Assembly (NCBI RefSeq): GCF_009914755.1
Contig: NC_060927.1
From: the human T2T-CHM13v2.0 reference genome, Homo sapiens
Direction: 5' to 3' (one strand)
DNA: 64,000 nucleotides
This document shows positions 50,440 to 64,000 of the stretch, piece by piece. The notes under the pieces are model-generated. The model worked only from the letters and a program-made list of their open reading frames with translations. It was not told the origin of the DNA and made no database searches. The stretch's first letter is position 1. Each line of letters opens with the position of its first letter. Made by a program: the position numbers and the translations under genes.

Positions 50440-50948
50440 TGTCAGTGTTTATCAAATTATAAATTAAAACAAAAATGTTGAGTATCAGTTTAACACATTT
50501 AAAAATAATAATAGTGATGTCTTCAACAGCACATATACTAAAATTGGAACAATGCAGAGATTAGTATGACCCCTGCCCACGGATGACACAAGTTTGTGAA
50601 GCCTTCCATATTAAAAACAACAACAACAACAACCCATACCTTGACATAAATACTTTAATGTAAGTTTTTTATGAAAAATAACTAATTTTCCAAAACAAAA
50701 AATTTGGAAGAGGCTTCGTTTTTCATTTTTGCAAGTCGCTTTAAGGTCTAATTTCCTGAAAGTCAGCTAGATTCTTGCATCTGCTTCTTGATTCAGTCTT
50801 GGGCCATCACACGTCTTATAGTCACTGGAGAGAGCACAAATGAGGCAGATAACACCACGTTATTATTATGAAGTGGTTTTGACCTTGAGACCTCCTGCAA
50901 GGGTCTTGGGGATCCCAGGATCCCCAGACCACCCTTTGAGAACTGCTG
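50440..50948. mobile_element. Charlie1-like hAT DNA transposon end, interrupted by the U6 retrocopy
   Basis: ttattattatgaagtggttttgacc...aagggtcttgggga...cagaccaccctttgagaactgctg terminal sequence. Confidence 0.7.
50514..50632 (+). pseudogene. U6 snRNA processed pseudogene, near full length, diverged
   Basis: gtgatgtcttcaacagcacatatactaaaattggaacaatgcagagattagtatgacccctgcccacggatgacacaagtttgtgaagccttccatatt followed by an A/(CAA)n tail. Confidence 0.93.
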
Positions 50949-51950
50949 CTATGAAGACAGATGTCATCAGATAGCCAGGCAGAGAATGACAGGGTATTCA
51001 CTGCTTGGAAGTCCTTCCACCTATATTACTTGTGCTGTCTTTTGTTCTGTGTATGCCGGGTTAGTGGTGGGGTGGAAGGACAGTGAGGAAAGAAGCTGAG
51101 TGAGCAGTTTGTCAGTGCGTTGTTGCTGCACACAAGCCTCAAAGCTTATGACAGGGAGGGGATTATGTTTCTGCTCCCACACTGCACAAGAGGGGCCCTC
51201 CTCGTCTGTGTCTGCTGGAAGCAGCAGTGAGAGCCGAAGCAGAATATTTGATGTTTGGTTATCAATCTAATTTTTCACCTTCATATTTAAAAAGAAATGT
51301 GACCCCATTTTACCACTGGCTACCATTTGGTCACTACCTGCTCTGCACCAATCTCATGGGAATCCCTTCAGTGGTATCTGTAGACCCTAAGCGCCCTGGA
51401 CAGGCAAAGCCAACAACACATGGCTCTTTGGGTGGTGTCAGTGTTTGGCAGTGTATTACTTTAACAGAAAGCCATTTTCATTTCCATTTAAGTGTGACTA
51501 TATTCAACTGGAGCCAATTTTCTTTGCCATTCCTACAGCCTCCCCCCACACAGTAAAATATATCATTATGTGAGGTCAGTGCAAACATAGGGTTCTAGAA
51601 AATCACTTCACCAAAGATGACTGGGAAACTAGTATTTTGTCAGGTAAGCAAAATCAGCACTGCCCCACACTTTTCACACCTTTTTTTTTTGTTGATATAT
51701 TTTTCTCAATTTAAATATGGTTATTTAATTTTACAGGGAGAAACTCCAATGAGCAACAGTTTCTATTGCTATAGCTGTTAACATCATTCTTCAGTTATAT
51801 AGGTTTTTTAGGGAATAAATATGGAAACATTCATAAAAATCTTTTATTTTTATTGATTTAAGCCAGTTTGTAACATTTGTATTTTCTTAGATTTTTAAAA
51901 AAATCTAAGACATTTGAATGAACCATTTATATTAAAAATATGTGACTTTT

Positions 51951-52249
51951 GGCCAGGTGTGGTGGCTCACACCTGTAATCCCAGCACTTTGGGAGGCCGA
52001 GGCAGGTGGATCATGAGGTCAGGAGATCGAGACCATCCTGGCTAACACTGTGAAACCCGTCTCTACTGAAAAAAATACAAAAAATTAGCCGGGCGTGGCG
52101 GCGGGCGCCTGTAGTCCCAGCTACTCGGGAGGCTGAGGCAGGAGAATGGTGTGAACCCAGGAGGCGGAGCTTGCAGTGAGCGGAGATGTGCCACCGCACT
52201 CCAGCCTGGACGACAGAGTGAGACTCCGTTTCAAAAACAAACAAACAAA

Positions 52250-52250
<1 letters not shown>
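51951..52250 (+). mobile_element. AluY
   Basis: Diagnostic ggagatcgagaccatcctggctaacac and ggcggagcttgcagtgag. Confidence 0.92.

Positions 52251-52254
<4 letters not shown>

Positions 52255-52292
<38 letters not shown>
52255..52292 (+). repeat. (TG)19 microsatellite
   Basis: Uninterrupted TG run of 38 nt. Confidence 0.95.
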
Positions 52293-52293
<1 letters not shown>

Positions 52294-52414
52294 CCTTTTT
52301 GATGATGACTTAAGAGCATTTGTATTTGAGGTGAAAAGAGATCAGTCTGTAAAATGGTTTCACAAGAATGTGAAACTATTTGTAATGAGCATTTTCTGCT
52401 TGCTGTATTTTCAG

Positions 52415-52465
52415 GCCTTTTTCTTGGTCTATGCTCTGGGATGTTTAAGTATTTACTATGAGAAG
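52415..52465 (+). CDS. TSEN2: TSEN2 exon 7 (51 nt, phase 0/0)
   Basis: AFFLVYALGCLSIYYEK; tttcag/ acceptor, AAG/GTAAGA donor; codon 309 (52430-52432) is TAT (Tyr), the site of the known PCH2B Y309C allele, wild type here. Confidence 0.96.
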
Positions 52466-52869
52466 GTAAGATGCTTTGTTTACATACAACCCACTTAAAA
52501 TTTCCCTGTTGTTAAAAGCAGGTTGTACTAATTTCTATATTGCATTAATACAAATGTTTCTACTCTTACTGAATAAAATAGGAATTGAATTTTTCTCTAA
52601 AGTTTTGGATTTGGGTCCTGAGGTGGGACTGTTCGAGCAAAAGGCATCTTTGACCCTTTTAGATTGCATTTCATTCCTCAAAACTAGGAGAAGTACAGTA
52701 TCTTGTACTGGATAATGATTAGGAAATCTGTGTCAGAACAGTATTAAAAATTAACAAAAATAAAAGTTACCCGTATTTGGCACCTACTATGGTAAAAGCT
52801 ATATTTTAGGTACTTTACACGCAATATTTCCAGTCCTTATCTCCACCTGGTTAGAATTTGCAGATAAGG

Positions 52870-53229
<360 letters not shown>

Positions 53230-54327
53230 TCACACAGCTAGTCTGGTTAGAATAAATATTCGAACCTATGTCCAAGTAACTCCAAAGCCCATGACTTTGT
53301 GCTGTTGTTGCCTGCTGCCTTTGGAAGGGAGATAATTGTAAAATAATTCAAATAAAATTTAAAAGAGAAAAGTAAACAGAACAGTAAATGGAGCAGATAA
53401 GGTATATTCTGTTTGGCTCTTGGGAGCACATAATTTAATCAGTCATCAAATTCTGATTGCATAAATACCGTTCATGGGTATTCCAGCCGTTTGGAAGCAA
53501 TGTCTGCCTGACAAATGGCTCATTTTCCCAAATGGTGGCAATTCTTAGCCCCACCCTGCTTCCTCTCGCGGGCCTTAGCTGAAATGTGTCAGAACGTTAC
53601 AGCTGTGACATAAAAGCCTCAACATCTGAACAACACTGGGCTGTGTTGGAAATTCAGCCTTCTCTATAAGGCTGTTGCTTGTTACTCACATTGGGGTCAC
53701 AAGGTCACACAGGTATGGAATTTTTGCATTAGGAACAACTGCAAAAAAAAAACAACTCTAGTCTATTGTATTATAATCTTAGGCTGGGACAAACTGAGCC
53801 AGTCTCACTGAGTGACTGAGCCTTAAATCAGCTGAAGACTTGATTGTTTCAGTAACTACTGAAATAAAGCAAAAATTTTCCAAACTTACCTAGTTATTTT
53901 GTTGTCATTGTATTTTTGGTAATGATACATCAGAATATTCTCTAGACCAAACTATTCTCATTCTCTTTGACTCCCACATTAAAAACAAAATTGTCTTTTA
54001 AGCAGTTAATTATTAGTTTGTGCCATCAGATAACAAATTCTCTAGTTTCAAACACTAAATGGAGGTTTGTTTGTTTGTTTTTAAGTTTTACTATAAAAGT
54101 GTTTTTTGTTCTTCTGAACATGAGCTGACATAGAGTAGCCACTCACTAAGGGTCTGTGAAATGTTGTCACGAACTGTGCTCCAGCCTTGGTGGGCTTGTT
54201 ACAGTGAGCCCCCTGCATGCACTGCTTCCTCTGCCTGGAATGTCCTTCCCAGCCCACCACCACCCCCTCCAGTCCTTTTCCCTCACTACTTGTCATGCTC
54301 AAATGCTGCCTTTTCTAAGTCCTCTGG

Positions 54328-54620
54328 AGCAGTGCTGTGCAATAGAAGGACAGTGAGAGCCTCAGATGGGAGCCATGTGTATAATTTCAGATTTTCTGGT
54401 AACCACATTAAAAACATTTTTTAAAAAGCAGGTGGTATTTTAATACAGTATTACACAGTTTATTTAACCCAACTTATTCAAAGATATTGAAATAGTTTAT
54501 ATTCTCTCTTTTTTTTTTTTTTCATACTGAGTAGGAAGTCAGTGTATATTTTACACTTAGAGCCACTCTCAGTTCAGACTAGCTATGTATGGCTGGCAGC
54601 TGCCCCACTGGACAGGGCAG
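54328..54620. mobile_element. MER33-like hAT-Charlie MITE
   Basis: cagtgctgtgcaatagaa...ttttctggtaaccacattaaaa...ttttacacttagagccactctcagttcagactagc...ctggacagggcag. Confidence 0.7.
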
Positions 54621-54653
54621 GACCAGACCTTCTTGCTAAATTGCTCTGCTGGG

Positions 54654-54726
54654 AGTGAACCGAGATCACGCCACTGCACTCCGGCCTGGGTGACAGAGCG
54701 AGACTCTGTCTCAAAAATAAAATAAA
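54654..54726 (+). mobile_element. Heavily 5'-truncated Alu with 17-bp TSD
   Basis: TSD taaattgctctgctggg at 54637-54653 and 54727-54743. Confidence 0.9.
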
Positions 54727-54862
54727 TAAATTGCTCTGCTGGGGGAACTGCATTTTCTTCACTGCTTCAGCTCCACACTTAGTATAGATGTTGGTGCCCT
54801 GGCTGAACGGAGAGTGAATGCATACATAGTAATGCTTTTTGTTTTTTTGTAAATAACTTTAG

Positions 54863-55006
<144 letters not shown>

Positions 55007-55267
55007 TAATTCTTGGCGTGGTGTGTGTGAGAATAGAGTTTATATCAGATTCACCCTAGAATATCAAATTGATCTTGTGTGCTGTTGATGATGTTTTCTA
55101 AGAAGGTATCCTTTGGGTTTAGATAAGATTATTGGATATTTGGATTGGGTTAAGGGTAAGTGCAAAAAGAGAAAAGGCAGTCTAGGGAGAAGGCCTAGGA
55201 GTAGAAGCTTGCAACGCCAGTTCAGGCTTTCCCTCTTGTTTGCTCTATGATCTTAGAAAAGCGTTCT

Positions 55268-56952
<1,685 letters not shown>

Positions 56953-57235
56953 CTGCATCCCCCAATCTTAAAGTGAGGGTCTGGAGTAGGTGAGTTCCTC
57001 ATTCAGCAGATAATGACTAAAGGTCTGCTGTGGGCCAGGTACTGTTTGAGGCATCAAGAATACAGAAGTGAACAGGACAAACAGAGCTGCCTTCATGGAG
57101 TTTACATTCTAGGGGGATGGGGGAGACACACAAGCAAATAACTACATGACGTAGTTTCTGCAACAGATAAGCACTGTAAGAAGAAGCAGAGTCAAGGCTA
57201 CCCAAGGTCAACTGTAGTCAAAAAGATTCAGATAT

Positions 57236-57848
<613 letters not shown>

Positions 57849-59209
57849 TTAAGATATTTTGAGAGATCAGATTCTCATAACTTTCATTATAGTGTATTGT
57901 TATAATTGTTCATTTTATTAATGTTCTTAATCTCATACTGTGGTTCTTTTGTCTGCAACTTTATTTTAATGATCAAGTTATACTTTGGATGATGCATAGG
58001 GGAAGCTTCCTTAATTTAAAGATATTCTGCCTTATAAGGATGGTTGGACAGATGGATAGATGGATGGACAGATAAATAGAATTTTGAAAACAAAAAAGAT
58101 AAACTACTCAGTTTACAACTCCCCTGGAGGCCTTTGCCCTCACTGGGACATATCATCTAGAAACAGATGTACAATTAATACATTAATTGTACAATTAATG
58201 TGGGACCAGGTCTCTGACCCACACACAGAGTCAGACTGGGCCAGCATCAGTGTTAAAAGTGTCTTCACATTCTCTGCATAAGCAAAGGTTCTTGAGCAGT
58301 GCTAGTCTGGGATATGAGGAGCGGCTTCCTAAACTCTACCTCATCTTCAGGCATGGCTGCACAGTTCCTGCTGCTTTTTAACGATATTATTTTAATTTCA
58401 AAGGCCAATGACCTAGTCACATGAAGCCTAGAACTGCCAACATAGGCTAAACTCTTAACAATTGTTTTTCCTTAGAGAGCTAGTGACTCCTAATACAAGA
58501 CCATTGTGAAATTCACACCTTATCAGGGAAACTTTTCCCTTGAATAAATCTTGTCAATCAAATTTCATTCCAGGAGCAGTATTTGGAAGAGGTGATATGG
58601 TTCTCAAATCAAGTGCAGCTGCCAACCTAGTTGACCTTATTTGCCTACTGGGGAAGCCAGGCCAGAAGCCAAGAGGGAGCCTTTCCTTACACTCCCTACT
58701 CAGCAGCTCCCCTGGCTGCCAGCTCCTAGGGCCAGCCAGGCACCTTGCCTTGGTGTTTTCTTCTGTTGTTTCATTTAATCTTCACACTCCTGTGAGGTCT
58801 GTAGTAGTAGCTTCCTTTTGTAGCAGAGGAGTTTGAGGTTTAGAAGGGTTAGGTAAGTTGCTGGAGTACTTAACAGCTCGTTAAGTACACAGATTAGGGC
58901 TCTGTGGGTCTATCCTCCCTATCTTCCTACCATACCTAAGTCATGTTGCCTGCCAAGAAGCCGAAAACTAACGCAGGATTTATATTGTCTTATGTACACA
59001 GTTATGGTTTGATTTGATTTGGTGTGACCCAAAGGTCTGGTTACTCCTAAGCCTCCTTCCCAGCCAACCCTAGTTAGGGATTTGCATTGACTGATAAGTA
59101 TGATTTCTGAGCTTTCTGCCAATTTGAAGTCCCAGCACAGAAATGGAATGGTGGGAGCCATTGAAAGCTAGCAGAGTTATAGAATTTCCAGACCCAGAAG
59201 AAACCATGA

Positions 59210-60034
<825 letters not shown>

Positions 60035-60084
60035 CTGGCTTTGATTTTCTTGTTACAATCACATTTGATTATTATATCTACCTT

Positions 60085-60857
<773 letters not shown>

Positions 60858-61142
60858 TGACATGGTCACTCTACCTTCTTGTTTCGTTTGTCATGATGTT
60901 GACTTTTTTCGAAGTCTTTTAGGATGTTCCCCATTCTCCATATGTCTGATTGTTCCTGATGATCAGACTCAAGCTCGGGTTCTCTTAGCACACGTAGGTG
61001 ATGTGTGTGCTTATTGGAGTGTGTCAGGAAGTGCATGAAGTCAGGTTTTCCTGCTGTGGTGATGCTAAGTTTGATGGTGGCCATTGTCAATGTCTGTCAT
61101 ATAATTACAGTTTTTCTTTTGTAAAAAACAAGTCATTTGTGG

Positions 61143-61207
61143 AGTGATACCATAAGTAGTGATACCATAAGTACCATAAGTGATACCATAAGTAGATACC
61201 ATAAGTA
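61143..61207. repeat. Short minisatellite, core TACCATAAGT x5
   Basis: gtgataccataagtagtgataccataagtaccataagtgataccataagtagataccataagta. Confidence 0.9.
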
Positions 61208-61349
61208 TAATCTAATAATTATAATAGTTGTCTGATTTAATTATTGCACTAATCATTTTCTGGTTTTGTCATTCATTCCACACCTCTGTCTAGCATTCTT
61301 CTGTAAGAAAGAGTTTTCCTTTTATACTCCCTGTTCTTTCAGACCTTAT

Positions 61350-62425
<1,076 letters not shown>

Positions 62426-63248
62426 AATTGTTACTAGCATAGGTAACTTTGTGATGCTTACTGTATGCCATACACCGTGCTAATACTTCTGCCTTCACCA
62501 TAATCCCCATTTTTATAAGGAAATTGACATAAAGAGTTGTCCCATGGTCTTGGCACTGCTGACTTGACCTTGGGTCCATCTGCTGCCAGTGTTCTTGCTT
62601 AAACTAAGCTGTGCTGTGTCGGAGCCCATCATCAGAAATTACTTGCCTTGTGGGTGTGAGCTACTTTGAAGCTGTGTAATGCTCCAGGTGCATATTGGAT
62701 TAAAGATGTGTGTTTGATTACAGGTAATGTCATTTGAGGACTAGAAAAGATCTCAATTTCCCCTGATGTCTTCATTTTAGGATTTTGGAAACGGAGGCTC
62801 AGGGAAGTTAATAACTTGCCTAAAGGCACACAACTTGAAGAGGCAAAGATTGGGCAGGGAACAAAACTCCCAAGTTCACTTTTGTTCCAGTACATGGTTT
62901 CTTTCCAGTACACTCCATCTCAAAAAGTTGAAAATTGTATGTTTGGATATTTACTTACATTTGTGCCTCAGTGAATTTGAGCTGACTTGTTGAGTACTTT
63001 AAATACAACTTAAATAGGAAATACAGAAAGGAAATGTGACCATGGAAAATACAGACGCAAAACAAGACTAAGTGAAGGGTTACTGTGTCGTCCTTGGGGC
63101 CCTATATGGTTACTAAAGTCATGCTACAAATTTGGCTCTGAGCTTCCTGAGCCAAAAAGAAACATGATTAGTTACAGGATTGATGTGTCCAAAAAGGAAA
63201 ATTCTATCCATTCCTCAAGGGAAACAAAACTTTTCCTTGAACTTTTCT

Positions 63249-63352
63249 TTTTTTTTTTTCTTTTTTTTTTTTTTTGAGACGGAGTCTCGCTCTGTCGCCC
63301 AGGCTGGAGTGCAGTGGCGGGATCTCGGCTCACTGCAAGCTCCGCCTCCCGG
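63249..63352 (-). mobile_element. 5'-truncated AluYa5-type insertion with 14-bp TSD
   Basis: Sense sequence ccgggaggcggagcttgcagtgagccgagatCCCgccactgcactccagcctgggcgacagagcgagactccgtctc + A tail; TSD ccttgaacttttct at 63235-63248 and 63353-63366. Confidence 0.9.
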
Positions 63353-64000
63353 CCTTGAACTTTTCTGAGCTGGTTTTAGCACAGAGGACAGCTAACAGCT
63401 TACAGATGTAATTGTGTCGTTATGGCAATTCCCATAGCTGTAGTTGTATATAAACCCTAAGTCTCAGGGGCTTAACAATAAGAGTTCATTTTTGTTCATG
63501 TGAAATCCAACACGGCTGTCTCTGATTGGCGGCCCAATCAACTCCAAAAGATGCTTTAGTAACTGCTTCCTGGTGGCTCCCAGTCTTCAGCACACAGCTT
63601 CCAAGGTCACGTTCCATACCTAACTGTACGGGAGACTGAGAGCTGTGGTCTGGCCATGCACCTGGGGGAGAAATAACTGGATTTGGTGAACAGTTAGCCA
63701 GTCCCTGCCACAGACCATGTGCCTCTGAAGGGTTCCCTGCCAGATTCCAGAGTCTGTGTGTCAGAGTCCCTGGCCCCAGGCTCCTTCACTGAGTAGCTCT
63801 CGACCTCCACAGACTGAATTCCCCCATCTTCTTCAGGTCCTCAGTAATGGAGCAAACTGATACTTGAATGGCATGTATGGTTATGACTTCTATCACTTGA
63901 CTTTGAATTTCTTAAAAATAGGCATGAGTCTTATTCCTCTTCTTTTACCAACCCCTGTCACAGTAGCTGGCCAGAGTAGTGAGTCAGACACTTTGCATTA

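Noticed and set aside
46902-50632. Functional 5S rRNA or U6 snRNA genes
   Set aside because: Many substitutions, A-rich retro-tails, altered ACAGAGA box, no upstream U6 promoter recognised; called pseudogenes
61143-61207. Repeat-spacer-like pattern suggestive of CRISPR
   Set aside because: 10-bp cores with at most 5 nt between them in human intronic DNA; a simple minisatellite with no cas genes

Overview
Human genomic DNA (Alu-dense, includes an AluYa5-type copy). Positions 1 to ~19,900 are repeat-rich non-coding sequence. A CpG-island promoter at ~19,960-20,800 drives TSEN2 (tRNA-splicing endonuclease subunit SEN2) on the + strand. I could assemble non-coding 5' exon(s) and seven coding exons (25608-25796, 27943-28024, 32325-32361, 39069-39591, 40961-41038, 52415-52465, 54863-55001; 1099 nt, all GT-AG, open frame). 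The gene continues past the right edge, so the C-terminal catalytic exons are absent. The introns hold two U6 snRNA retrocopies, one 5S rRNA pseudogene, about 45 Alu copies or fragments across the window, and L1, MLT1 and DNA-transposon relics. Nearly all other ORFs in the track are Alu/L1 or chance ORFs. I see no novel multi-gene system. The most interesting signals are regulatory or mutational: (i) a candidate 5'UTR cassette exon carrying a uORF that is in frame with TSEN2 and stops one codon before its AUG; (ii) an in-frame 177-nt exitron in coding exon 5; (iii) a (TG)19 tract grown out of an Alu target-site duplication (TSD) upstream of the skippable 51-nt exon; (iv) a templated insertion inside an Alu; (v) a pristine truncated AluYa5; (vi) an unexplained diverged direct repeat bracketing exon 4. 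Exon coordinates were counted by hand. Repeat boundaries and subfamily names are by eye and approximate.
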